NCBI GenBank assembly: GCA_045534955.1
Contig: JAZSKR010000020.1
Location: forward strand, 466,013 to 530,012
From: Bacteroidaceae bacterium
Lineage (GTDB): Bacteria; Bacteroidota; Bacteroidia; Bacteroidales; Bacteroidaceae
DNA length: 64,000 nucleotides
Reading direction: 5' to 3'
The translations under genes and the position numbers were made by a program. Below, piece by piece: positions 49,301 through 58,398 of the stretch (its first letter is position 1; each line of letters begins with the position of its first letter). The notes below the pieces were generated by a model. The model searched no databases and was not told where the DNA came from. It saw nothing but the letters and a program-made list of their open reading frames with translations.

Positions 49301-49692
49301 TGTCACGTCTGGGTGCCGAGAGCACACGTGAGATCCGTAACGTGATGGCAGCCATCAACTGGCGCTGGCGCGTTGAGGGTGATGTAACCGAAGTTCCGCG
49401 TACTATTTACCAGTGGGGTTACAACGACCTGGGTTCAGATCGTTTCGTAGAAGACGGTTCATTTGTACGTTGGGGCTCCAGTACCCTGAGTTACTCTCTT
49501 GATCCCAAGATCACCAAGAAGGTTCATCTGAGCGGTGTAAGTTTCAACTGCAGTTTGAGTAACCTTGCAACCTGGACCAAGTATACAGGTCTGGATCCCG
49601 AGGTTAGTTCCGGTCGTGGCCAGGTTGCTGCCGATAACAGCCGTACCCCGCGCTCACGCAGAGTAACATTCGGTGTTAATGTTAATTTCTAA
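46333..49692 (+). CDS. SusC/RagA-family TonB-dependent outer-membrane transporter (pair 1)
   Basis: 1119 aa. Signal peptide, carboxypeptidase-regulatory-like N-domain (ISGVIEDAEGPMMMVNV...VTYVGYE), a plug region and a C-terminal aromatic residue (VNVNF). Confidence 0.9.
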   Translation: MKYTNRFFRWAMAAVLAVMPGLLQAQKAGDVISGVIEDAEGPMMMVNVTERDAADRIVAHDITDMEGNFSFRLVNPNDHLQVTYVGYETVDIPINKTYFEITMKEAGEIPEVEITAERYQETTGLQIPLREASSVVQTINMDDFADLGITTVDEALQGQVAGLDIVFDSGDLGSRSTMRLRGQSTLTGDGNPLIVIDGNILSIDENTMNMTTEMINQDLGGSILNGNSPEQDRLAELLSINPADIQSISFLKDAAATAIWGMRGANGVMEIKTKRGQRGATRVNYSYRLNANFQPEGYKYLNGDQYTMFVKESLFNPHLDDSRTNSIWEINYVQTRPEYEMWNDNTDWVSAVKKVGISQSHNLSVSGGGDKAQFRISAGFDDETGTVIGQKMNRFTTRVNFDYFVSERIRVSTNFSMSYSNNRRSGSAAVSSAQEMMPNLAIYYEDPLTGEPTGEYYLMPSTSSSDLPKQNNPVLEAAEKESNSISLNVNPDFRITYNLLGLENDQTRLRYEGQVTFGVSNSSSENYTPQTLSRDGWSDQNANSTSTSSNKNSQINTQHSLTFQPHIKNRNHSFQAMARMTVNNSNGKSMSTGVGGLPSGPFKSPGLPGRITGMSTGASRNRSVGITTQLHYSYKSKYSLTFTTRSDGTTRTGNAKKWGTFPAASARWNITDEKWFDAIRESGLLTMAGFTMSWGFTGNAPGGDDMFRSRYSSGDSYMGISTIYPANIRLSDFQWEESTQWNFGLQLGLFNDKLNASINFYHTTNDKLINSNYPIPSSSGFTSLGAVNDGKMMNEGWDMSISANRIYSTRLAGKDFSVGGSINFGDNTNQVLEMNEIILKSWQKDFDYDNAHRSYLSYVALKNSYGSIYGFKYKGVYQYSDYSEVEVPGVSGPNAPVVKDADGNVILNSKGKTKPMMFGYGTLTTPYEFVGGDVAYEDINNDGNINELDIVYLGSSLPKINGGCSLRMSWGRLSWSNSFNFRAGNKIVNMSRLGAESTREIRNVMAAINWRWRVEGDVTEVPRTIYQWGYNDLGSDRFVEDGSFVRWGSSTLSYSLDPKITKKVHLSGVSFNCSLSNLATWTKYTGLDPEVSSGRGQVAADNSRTPRSRRVTFGVNVNF

Positions 49693-49712
49693 CTCTTAAG
49701 ATTAAGGATAAT

Positions 49713-51455
49713 ATGAAAAGTATTAAGTCTTTACTGATAACAGCCCTGTTAGGGAGTTCATTTACATCATGTAATGATTTCCTTAATCTGGAGCCCCTTA
49801 ACGATATCGTTCTGGAGAACTTCTGGACCGATAAATCCGACGTGGAGAGTGTTCTTCTGGGTGCTTACAGTGCCATGGAGAAGTCAGACTGTCTGCTCCG
49901 TATGTCAGTTTGGGGCGAGATGCGTTCAGATAATGTAGTAGAGGGTAACGGTACATCTGACGATATCCGTCAGATATGCCGTGAGAACCTTCTGCATACA
50001 AATACCTATTGCAACTATAAGGCATTCTATGATGTAATCAACCGCGCCAACACCGTGCTCTATTTTGCACCCCAGGTTGCCGCTAAGGATCCTAACTATA
50101 TCATTGACGAGTTGCTTGCCAACCAGGCCGAGGCCATTGCCCTGCGCTGCCTGAGTTATTGGTATCTTATCCGCAGTTTCCACGATGTACCTTATGTGAC
50201 AGAGCCTTCTATCGATGATGAGGGCGGCCATATGAAGTTCTATGTTCCCCAGAGTTCATTTGAGACCATTCTGGATTCTCTTATCAGTGACCTGGAGGGC
50301 ATAAAGAAATACGCCGTCAACAAGTTCTCATCAGACGAGGCAACTACCTGCCGTATAACCAAGTCAACCATCTGTGCCATGCTTGCAGATATGTATCTGT
50401 GGCGTGGAGCCCCCGGTGACTGGGACAAGTGTATTGCAGTATGTGAAGAGGTGAACACCCTTAAACTTGCCGATTATGAGAAGATCAGGAGTAAGGAGGG
50501 TAAGAACTGTACATTAAAACTTTACAACGGTTATCCTCTTATCTGCGATGCCCCGGATGATATCCCCGGCAACTCATACAACGAGATCTTTGGAACCGGT
50601 AACTCATTCGAGTCACTGTTTGAGTTCCCGTATAACAATGACGTAAAGAACCCGTTTGTAGGTGATTATTACCAGAATAACCAGTCTACCAATGTAGGTA
50701 GAATCAAGGCCTTTGAGAAGATCGGTTCAGAATTCTCATCAGTAAAGGGTAACTCAGTCTTTGAGCAGGCTCAGGATGTCCGTTACTATCAGAATGTTTA
50801 TGACAGAGGTTCCCAGTCATATGCAATAACCAAGTATGCATATGATGACCTGACACTCTCTTTCAGCTCAGGTTCACTTGAATATTCAGGTGCTACATTC
50901 CGCAATCAGGTTCAGGCCAACTGGATTATTTACCGTTACACCGAGGTGCTTCTTTTTGAAGCCGAGGCTTATATCATGAAGGCCAAGCAGATTGCTCCGG
51001 CCGGTGAGGACAGCCTTACTCAGGTAGCAGCATTGAAAGAGTATAAGGACAAGGCATTCAATCTGATTGATGCCGTCAATGCCCGCTCAATCAATTCGGA
51101 TAATTTCAACATCACACCTAACACTCTTACCCAGGTAATCAGTTACAGTAACAGTACTACCGTAAATGAACTGGAGAGCGTGTTGTTCAAGGAGCGTCGC
51201 CGCGAACTTATGTTTGAAGGCAAGCGCTGGTATGACCTGGTTCGTATGGCCCGTCGTGACGGTAATCAGGAGCGTCTTCTCTCATTCGTTGAGAAGAAGT
51301 ATGATTCAGCCACACTGAGTGCTGTCAAGATCAAACTCAAGAACCCCTATGCAATGTATTTCCCCATGGCAAAGGACGAGGTCCGCAACAGTCAGGGTGT
51401 TCTCAAGCAGAATCCCGCTTATAAGGATGATGAAAAGATAGAACAGGCACATTGA
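49713..51455 (+). CDS. SusD/RagB-family outer-membrane lipoprotein (pair 1)
   Basis: Lipobox SFTSCNDFLN. RAxxYxxL-type TPR-like motifs (ALRCLSYWYLIRSF) and a C-terminal ERRRELMFEGKRWYDLVR signature. Confidence 0.85.
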   Translation: MKSIKSLLITALLGSSFTSCNDFLNLEPLNDIVLENFWTDKSDVESVLLGAYSAMEKSDCLLRMSVWGEMRSDNVVEGNGTSDDIRQICRENLLHTNTYCNYKAFYDVINRANTVLYFAPQVAAKDPNYIIDELLANQAEAIALRCLSYWYLIRSFHDVPYVTEPSIDDEGGHMKFYVPQSSFETILDSLISDLEGIKKYAVNKFSSDEATTCRITKSTICAMLADMYLWRGAPGDWDKCIAVCEEVNTLKLADYEKIRSKEGKNCTLKLYNGYPLICDAPDDIPGNSYNEIFGTGNSFESLFEFPYNNDVKNPFVGDYYQNNQSTNVGRIKAFEKIGSEFSSVKGNSVFEQAQDVRYYQNVYDRGSQSYAITKYAYDDLTLSFSSGSLEYSGATFRNQVQANWIIYRYTEVLLFEAEAYIMKAKQIAPAGEDSLTQVAALKEYKDKAFNLIDAVNARSINSDNFNITPNTLTQVISYSNSTTVNELESVLFKERRRELMFEGKRWYDLVRMARRDGNQERLLSFVEKKYDSATLSAVKIKLKNPYAMYFPMAKDEVRNSQGVLKQNPAYKDDEKIEQAH

Positions 51456-51457
51456 TC

Positions 51458-53467
51458 ATGTTTAAATCAGGAGTGAAATATAAACTGGCGCTTAAGGTGT
51501 TCGCAACTGCCGTTGCGATGCTGATGACCATATCCTGCTGGGACGAGGTTCATCCCGGTACGTACTATACGTTCACCGGGCAGACTGTAGCTTCATATCT
51601 TGAGCAGGATACGGTTTACGGCTTCAGTTCATTCATAAAGGTTCTTAAGAGAGCCGGAGTATGGGGAGAACTTGAAACCTACGGTACCTTTACATGTTTT
51701 GCTCCTACTGATGAGGCATTTGACAAATATCTTAAGTCAAGAAACATCAGTTCTCTGGATTCTCTCACCTTTGACCAGTGTGACACCATCTGCAGAACTC
51801 ATCTTATAAACTCTGTACTCTTCCTGACGGATCAGTCCGAGGGCGGACTTCCTTCAGTAAACCAGTTGAACCGTTTCCTGGTATTGGGCTATGTGGCCGA
51901 TACCCTTGATAACGGAATCATCAAGGCACGTCCCACAATCAACAGGGATTCAAGGGTTATAGAGGATGATGATACTGTCCAGAACGGTGTAGTTCAGGTG
52001 GTCAGCGATGTGATAAATGTATCAGGTGAATATATCTATGATATAGTCAAGGCAAATCCCAGGGTTAGTCTCTTCTTTGAGGCCATGCATCTGGTAGGTC
52101 TGGAGGATTCTCTCCAGAAGTGGCATGACAAGAGTTACACCATCGGATTTGATTCGGCTTATACAGGTCTTAAGAAACAGGGCGGTAATTCTACATATAC
52201 CATTAAGTATGTACCCGAACGTAATTACGGATTCACCGTATTTGCCGAGCCCAATGAGGTCTATGCAAGCCATAATATCAACTCCATACAGGAACTTGCC
52301 GAATACGCCAATAAGGTTTATCATCTTGCTTATCAGGCAGAGTATGATACTTTGGGCAGCAAATATGATACCATATGGCATGACCGCCGTTGTCCGCTCA
52401 GACGATTCGTGGAATACCATATCCTGCCTTTCAGTATACCGTCAATAGTAAACTTCAACTGCCGTGAGGATATCATCGATGCAAAAGTCGAGACAACCCT
52501 TATTGACGCTGAGGATTACTTTGAGGCTTATCTGCCGCATTCCATCATGAGAATATCCAGGGTAAAGAACCCCGGTACCTATAACGGTGTCTTCATTAAC
52601 CGTCGCGGCATCGGACCCGACGGCAAGGGAGAGTTGGGCCGCAGTTTCTATCGCGGAGTAAAGATAGTGGAAGTTGAAGAGGGTGTAGCCAATGAAGGTT
52701 GCAACGGTTATATGTTCTATGTAGATGACATCCTGGAGTATTCTGACTTTATCAGGAACAATATCCTGGACCGTCGTCTCAGAATTGACTGCTGCACATT
52801 GTCTCCCGATTTCCTCACCTCGGGTGCCCGTCAGAAAAAGACTGACGACAACTATGAGGGAGTAGGTTTCAAACAGCCCACCAATTTCTACTCATATAAC
52901 TCCGACTACTGTATGTGGGTTCGCAGCGCTTTCGTAGCCAACATAAGTTATCAGGGTGACGGCGTTGACCTGCAGGGTAACTATGACATAATGCTCAAGT
53001 TGCCGCCCGTTCCGCATGACGGAACATGGGAACTGCGCCTGTCATACCGCGGATCGGCCGGTTGCGGCGTGGTCCAGAACTTTGTAGGAGATGATCCGTT
53101 GCGCCTTATGCCTTGCGGTATCCCCACCGACCTTCGTTATTCAGCCTCCGAGAATCCCAACATCCGTTGGAAAAGCGATTCGGACTTTGACGGAGACACG
53201 ATAGCTATAGATGCGTATGACAAGGCTATGCATAACCGTGGTTATATGAAAGGGCCGGATTCCCATTGGACATCCGATAAGGCCGAAAAGTTCCGTGATT
53301 ACAGTCTTATTGCACGCCGTGTCATAACCACAGATTATTTCAAGGCAAACAAAGACTACTATCTCAGGATGAGGCTAGTTCTTGAGAATCCCAATGCAGA
53401 GATGAATTTTGACTATATGGAATGGTGCCCCAAAAGCATTTTCAGTATGAATGAAGATAAACATTGA
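51458..53467 (+). CDS. Fasciclin (FAS1) domain lipoprotein
   Basis: Lipobox MTISC. TFTCFAPTDEAFDKYL and NGVVQVVSDVI are clear FAS1 H1/H2 motifs. The remaining approximately 450 aa are unassigned. Confidence 0.65.
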   Translation: MFKSGVKYKLALKVFATAVAMLMTISCWDEVHPGTYYTFTGQTVASYLEQDTVYGFSSFIKVLKRAGVWGELETYGTFTCFAPTDEAFDKYLKSRNISSLDSLTFDQCDTICRTHLINSVLFLTDQSEGGLPSVNQLNRFLVLGYVADTLDNGIIKARPTINRDSRVIEDDDTVQNGVVQVVSDVINVSGEYIYDIVKANPRVSLFFEAMHLVGLEDSLQKWHDKSYTIGFDSAYTGLKKQGGNSTYTIKYVPERNYGFTVFAEPNEVYASHNINSIQELAEYANKVYHLAYQAEYDTLGSKYDTIWHDRRCPLRRFVEYHILPFSIPSIVNFNCREDIIDAKVETTLIDAEDYFEAYLPHSIMRISRVKNPGTYNGVFINRRGIGPDGKGELGRSFYRGVKIVEVEEGVANEGCNGYMFYVDDILEYSDFIRNNILDRRLRIDCCTLSPDFLTSGARQKKTDDNYEGVGFKQPTNFYSYNSDYCMWVRSAFVANISYQGDGVDLQGNYDIMLKLPPVPHDGTWELRLSYRGSAGCGVVQNFVGDDPLRLMPCGIPTDLRYSASENPNIRWKSDSDFDGDTIAIDAYDKAMHNRGYMKGPDSHWTSDKAEKFRDYSLIARRVITTDYFKANKDYYLRMRLVLENPNAEMNFDYMEWCPKSIFSMNEDKH

Positions 53468-53505
53468 TATAACCCTAACTAATGAAATATTAATTAATTA
53501 ATGAT

Positions 53506-55188
53506 ATGAACAGTTATTTCAATTTTTCAAAGAAATCCGTTCTGCTGTTGGCAGCCGTGATGATCTTGGGTTCATGTAACGATACATGGAACGAGCATTA
53601 CAGTTTCAAGGAGACCAGCAGTAAGTATCCGGTATCAAAAATTGCTGAGACACTTGACGGAATCAGCGGTTTTGACCAGTTCTATGAGGCCTTGCGCACT
53701 ACCAAGATGTGTGACAAGCATGGAGTTCCTCTTAATATCACTTATCTGGACCTGCTTTCAGAGGATCAGTTCCTTACAGTTTGGGCACCCTCAAACAGTT
53801 CTGTTCAGGACTGGAGCCTTTACACAAAGAAAAACAAGAGTGCAGCCGAGCATAAGGAAGTAGGTGAGAAGTTCATCATGAACCACATTGCCCGTTTCAA
53901 GCACTCTGTAGGTGAAGGTACCGATGAGATGATTTACATGCTCAACGGAAAGGCCTACAAGTCAACCAATGACGGTCTGGACGGAAGAGCCTACCATTCA
54001 GCTGATGACAGGAACATCCGTTGCAGCAACGGTGTACTGCACTGCATAGACGGACATCTGGAATACCTTCCCAACCTCTATGAGTTCATAACCACTTCGG
54101 CCGATTACAAGGATATCTTTGGAGACTGGTTCAAGAGTTATACCATAAAGGAACTGGATCCTTCACGCAGTGTGGCTCAGGGATTCAATGATGACGGTGA
54201 GATGGTATATGTTGACTCTGTCATGACCGAGTACAATATCCTGCTTAACCGTTACGCCCGTATCAACGCCGAGGACAGTACCTTTGCAATGGTGTTGCCT
54301 ACTCCCCGTCTATGGGATTCGGTATACAATCATATCAAGGAGTCATTTGAGTATGCAGAGGCCGGATTGAACAACGATTCTCTCCAGAAGTTCTACACCA
54401 ATACAACGATGATGACGGATATGTTCTATAACCTGAACAAAAAAGTCAACCGTTATCTGCCTGACTCGGTATTCTCAACCAATTATAATGCAACTGAGAA
54501 CCGCAGGGACAATAAGCCGTATCATATATTCTCAAAGCCCTATGATTCAAATACCGGACTTTTCAGTTCCAGCGTCGATTCCATTGAGTGCAGTAACGGT
54601 ATAGTTTATATCGTCGATTCATGGCCCTTTGTCGATACTCTTACCTATCTCCGCAGAATCAGACTTGAGGCTGAGTCTTATACCAACCTTTCTGAAATGA
54701 GTCTTAAGCAGACATCAATTCAGATTAACGATAGCGATCCCGTTCAGGTAATGAGAATATCACAGGAAGGACGTAAGGACTGGGATGCCAAGATATATAT
54801 CCATAACAACCTCAAGGGACGTTACTCAGTCAAGATGGTTATGGCTCCCGATGTGGTTAATATGATGCCTAACTACATCCATCCCAAAGTTTCCTACTTC
54901 ATGCCTGACCGTAAGGAAGTTGACCTTGTGGATTCAGTTACAATTGAAAGAGTTGAATACCGTCCCGGTAAATTCAGGAATCTTACTGTCAAATACTATG
55001 CTATTAACAGTCTGACCCAGTTTGATACCATCGAGATTGGTGAAATAGATGTTCCCTACTGCAATTATGATATGAATCAGGCCCGTCTTTCAGTAACACT
55101 CTCCAGCGGTGTGAATGAGATGAACAGCGAGAAGTACTCAAGTGAGTTGTGGCTTGACTGCATAATTCTGGATCCTATCGTTGAATAA
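53506..55188 (+). CDS. Fasciclin-like lipoprotein
   Basis: Lipobox ILGSCND. LTVWAPSNSS and NGVLHCIDGHL are FAS1-like motifs. The C-terminal half is unassigned. Confidence 0.55.
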   Translation: MNSYFNFSKKSVLLLAAVMILGSCNDTWNEHYSFKETSSKYPVSKIAETLDGISGFDQFYEALRTTKMCDKHGVPLNITYLDLLSEDQFLTVWAPSNSSVQDWSLYTKKNKSAAEHKEVGEKFIMNHIARFKHSVGEGTDEMIYMLNGKAYKSTNDGLDGRAYHSADDRNIRCSNGVLHCIDGHLEYLPNLYEFITTSADYKDIFGDWFKSYTIKELDPSRSVAQGFNDDGEMVYVDSVMTEYNILLNRYARINAEDSTFAMVLPTPRLWDSVYNHIKESFEYAEAGLNNDSLQKFYTNTTMMTDMFYNLNKKVNRYLPDSVFSTNYNATENRRDNKPYHIFSKPYDSNTGLFSSSVDSIECSNGIVYIVDSWPFVDTLTYLRRIRLEAESYTNLSEMSLKQTSIQINDSDPVQVMRISQEGRKDWDAKIYIHNNLKGRYSVKMVMAPDVVNMMPNYIHPKVSYFMPDRKEVDLVDSVTIERVEYRPGKFRNLTVKYYAINSLTQFDTIEIGEIDVPYCNYDMNQARLSVTLSSGVNEMNSEKYSSELWLDCIILDPIVE

Positions 55189-55204
55189 AAAAAATATATA
55201 AGAT

Positions 55205-58200
55205 ATGAAGTTATTTGACAAGAAAAGGCTTCTGCCTTTGGGGCTGGCAGGCATAATGCTGATGTTCATGGCTCCGGTATCGTCACAGAACAATTCTGAC
55301 GGCTTGATCGCAGTGACCGGTCATGTGTATGATGCTGCACAGAACACTCCTATGGCGGGTGTTAGGGTTCAGGCATACAACATCTCACGTCATTCGGCCA
55401 TGTCCAAGGAGGATGGTTCTTTTACAATCAGGATTCCTGATTATGTTACATCACTCACTTTCTCACTGGACGGTTGCAACACGGTTGTCTGCGCGTTGAA
55501 AGGCCGTACAGAGGGAATAGACGTCAAGATGTTTGATGAGAACTTTTCAGAAATCTATCAGACCAAGACCGATTCCAAATCAATAGCAGAGGCCGAGATT
55601 TCGGGCTTGAGCAATGATGTAATCGTAGATGGTCTGATCCAGCAGTCACTTCTGGGTAACATTCTGTCAATCACCCGTTCGGGACAGGTCGGTATCGGTT
55701 CTCTCATGCAGATAGACGGTATCAATTCACTCAACATCAATACCCTGCCTCTGATTGTACTGGACGGTATAATCCTTGATATGGGTTATGACCATGTTGC
55801 CATGCACGACGGTTTCTATAACAATCTCCTGGCCAACATTCCTGTAGAGGATATTGAGTCTGTTGAGGTTCTTAAGAACGGCTACGGTATTTACGGAGCC
55901 AAGGGTGCAAACGGTGTCATAGTTATCAAGACCAAGCGTATCAAGACCATGGCCACAAGAATTGACGTGAACATCTCCGGCAATTATCAGACCATGCCTA
56001 AACTTCCCATGGTTATGGACGAGAACCAGTACCGTGCATATGCATCAGAACTTCTGGGTACCACCGGTACTACACTCTCATCCTTCAAGTTCCTGCAGTC
56101 TGACAACAATTACCCGTATTATTACTGGTATCACGAGAATGAGACCGACTGGAGCAAGATTTCATATCAGGATGCATTCGTTCAGAACTACAACGTAAGT
56201 GTTCAGGGTGGTGATGATGTAGCAAACTACAGTTTGTCCGTAGGTTATGTTACAGGCGACGCTACACTTAAGGAGAGCGAGTTCTCACGTTTCAACCTGC
56301 GTCTGAATTCAGACATCGTGTTGGGTGACCGCTTTACAATGCGTTTTGATGCTTCTTACAGCGATGTTACCCGTGACCTCCGCGATGACGGTGCACCTGC
56401 CGATATTGACAATACAATGATCAATGCCCCCGGCTTCCTGGCACTTGTCAAGTCTCCTTTCCTCTCACCGTATGCACACATGTACGGCGGTGGTATCACC
56501 AACTTCCTTGCTACCGAGGATGATTACCTTGAGGAGGTTCTAGGATCAGAGGTTTCACTTGCCAACCCGCTTGCCATTCTTGAGAACGGTGACGGTATCA
56601 ACAAGAACTATTTCGGAAGCCGTTTCATCACATTGGCCGTTACTCCCAAGTGGGAGATCAAGCGTAACCGCCTCAATATGTATGAGCAGTTTACCTATAC
56701 CCTGGCCAACTCTGATGAGAACTACTACATACCACTGAACGGAACTCCCCGTTTCCGCATCGAGGGTATCGGAATGGTAGACAACAAGGCTGCCGCCATG
56801 TCGGCCAAGCAGGACGGTTTCATGAGCAACACATATCTGGAATACATGAAGAGATTCGGTGCCAGTGACCTGAATATTCAGGGCGGTTTCCGTTTCATCA
56901 ATAACTCCATGTTCCAGACATCAATGGTAGGTTACAACTCAGGTAACGATAAGAAGCCTAATATGGACCAGAACCTCAAGTACCGTGAAACTGACGGTGT
57001 TGAATCAGAGGATATCTCTCTGACATGGTGGGGTCAGGCTGACTACAACTATAAGGAGAAATATTATCTGTCAGCAAGTGTAGGTCTTATGGCCTCCTCA
57101 CGTTTCGGTACAGATGTTGATGCAGGACTCTCAATGTTCGGTGTGCCATGGGGTATATTCCCGTCAGTATCCGCAGCATGGGTTGCATCATCCGAATCCT
57201 GGTTCAATGTTGATTTCATTGATTTCCTCAAGTTCAGTGCCGGATTTGATATGACCGGTAATGACGGATATGACGCATCTTCATCCAAGACTTACTTCTA
57301 TCCCGTAAAACTGTTGGGTAAGTCAGGTGTGACCATGGCCAATATCGGTAACGGTTCTCTGAGTTGGGAGACCACCAGAAAGATCACTGCCGGAATCGAT
57401 ATGAATCTGTTGGGCAACCGTCTGAACGTTTCTGCTCACATATTCAATTCAACAACCGACAATCTGCTGTCTATAGGTTCCCTTTCATATGCCACAGGTC
57501 TTCCCAATACCTGGGGTAACGGTGGAACTCTTACCAACAACGGATTTGACGCATCTTTCAACCTCAAACTCATCAATACAGGCGCATTCAAGTGGGAGGT
57601 TGGTGCAGGCATAGGTCATTATAAGAATGAGGTTGTCAAGCTGCCTACCAAGGGTTATGACACTGAGATGTACGGTGCAACCGTAAGGACAGAGGTGGGC
57701 AAGCCTGTAGGCGTATTCTACGGTTATGAGACAAACGGCGTATTCACAACCACCAAGCAGGCAACTGACTCAGGTTTGTATATGCTCTCAGACAAGGGCT
57801 TCCATACATACTTTGAAGCAGGTGATGTAGCCTTTGTAGACCAGAACGGTGACAAGGTCATCAATGCTGACGATATGGTCCAGATAGGTGACCCCAATCC
57901 TGATTTCTATGGCCGTATATCTACCAAGTTGGGATTCGGCAACCTTTCTCTCAGTGCTACAATGACCTACTCCGTAGGCGGTGACATATACAACTATGAG
58001 CGTATGCTTCTGGAGAGTGGTTCACGCTTTATGAACCAGTCTCTGGCCATGACCAACCACTGGATGGTTGAGGGTCAGGAGACCGATGTTCCCCGCATAG
58101 TATTTGAGGATCCCCATCAGAATGCACGTTTCTCAGACCGTTGGATCGAGGACGGTTCATACATGCGTCTCAAGAACGTGACTTTGAGCTATAAGATTCC

Positions 58201-58387
58201 TGTTCACAGCACATACCTGCAGGGTCTTACCATCTGGGGTTCTGCAAACAACCTCTTTACGCTGACAAACTATCTGGGTTCTGATCCGGAATTTGCAGCC
58301 GGTAACAACGTGCTTCTGCGCGGTATAGACCGTGGCCTTGCTCCGCAGTCAGCCAATTTCTCATTAGGATTGAAGATTAACCTCTAA
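55205..58387 (+). CDS. SusC/RagA-family TonB-dependent outer-membrane transporter (pair 2)
   Basis: 1060 aa. Signal peptide, carboxypeptidase-regulatory-like domain (VTGHVYDAAQNTPMAGVRVQAY), a plug (VEVLKNGYGIYGAKGANGVIVIKTK) and a C-terminal barrel. Confidence 0.9.
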   Translation: MKLFDKKRLLPLGLAGIMLMFMAPVSSQNNSDGLIAVTGHVYDAAQNTPMAGVRVQAYNISRHSAMSKEDGSFTIRIPDYVTSLTFSLDGCNTVVCALKGRTEGIDVKMFDENFSEIYQTKTDSKSIAEAEISGLSNDVIVDGLIQQSLLGNILSITRSGQVGIGSLMQIDGINSLNINTLPLIVLDGIILDMGYDHVAMHDGFYNNLLANIPVEDIESVEVLKNGYGIYGAKGANGVIVIKTKRIKTMATRIDVNISGNYQTMPKLPMVMDENQYRAYASELLGTTGTTLSSFKFLQSDNNYPYYYWYHENETDWSKISYQDAFVQNYNVSVQGGDDVANYSLSVGYVTGDATLKESEFSRFNLRLNSDIVLGDRFTMRFDASYSDVTRDLRDDGAPADIDNTMINAPGFLALVKSPFLSPYAHMYGGGITNFLATEDDYLEEVLGSEVSLANPLAILENGDGINKNYFGSRFITLAVTPKWEIKRNRLNMYEQFTYTLANSDENYYIPLNGTPRFRIEGIGMVDNKAAAMSAKQDGFMSNTYLEYMKRFGASDLNIQGGFRFINNSMFQTSMVGYNSGNDKKPNMDQNLKYRETDGVESEDISLTWWGQADYNYKEKYYLSASVGLMASSRFGTDVDAGLSMFGVPWGIFPSVSAAWVASSESWFNVDFIDFLKFSAGFDMTGNDGYDASSSKTYFYPVKLLGKSGVTMANIGNGSLSWETTRKITAGIDMNLLGNRLNVSAHIFNSTTDNLLSIGSLSYATGLPNTWGNGGTLTNNGFDASFNLKLINTGAFKWEVGAGIGHYKNEVVKLPTKGYDTEMYGATVRTEVGKPVGVFYGYETNGVFTTTKQATDSGLYMLSDKGFHTYFEAGDVAFVDQNGDKVINADDMVQIGDPNPDFYGRISTKLGFGNLSLSATMTYSVGGDIYNYERMLLESGSRFMNQSLAMTNHWMVEGQETDVPRIVFEDPHQNARFSDRWIEDGSYMRLKNVTLSYKIPVHSTYLQGLTIWGSANNLFTLTNYLGSDPEFAAGNNVLLRGIDRGLAPQSANFSLGLKINL

Positions 58388-58398
58388 TATAGGGTATT

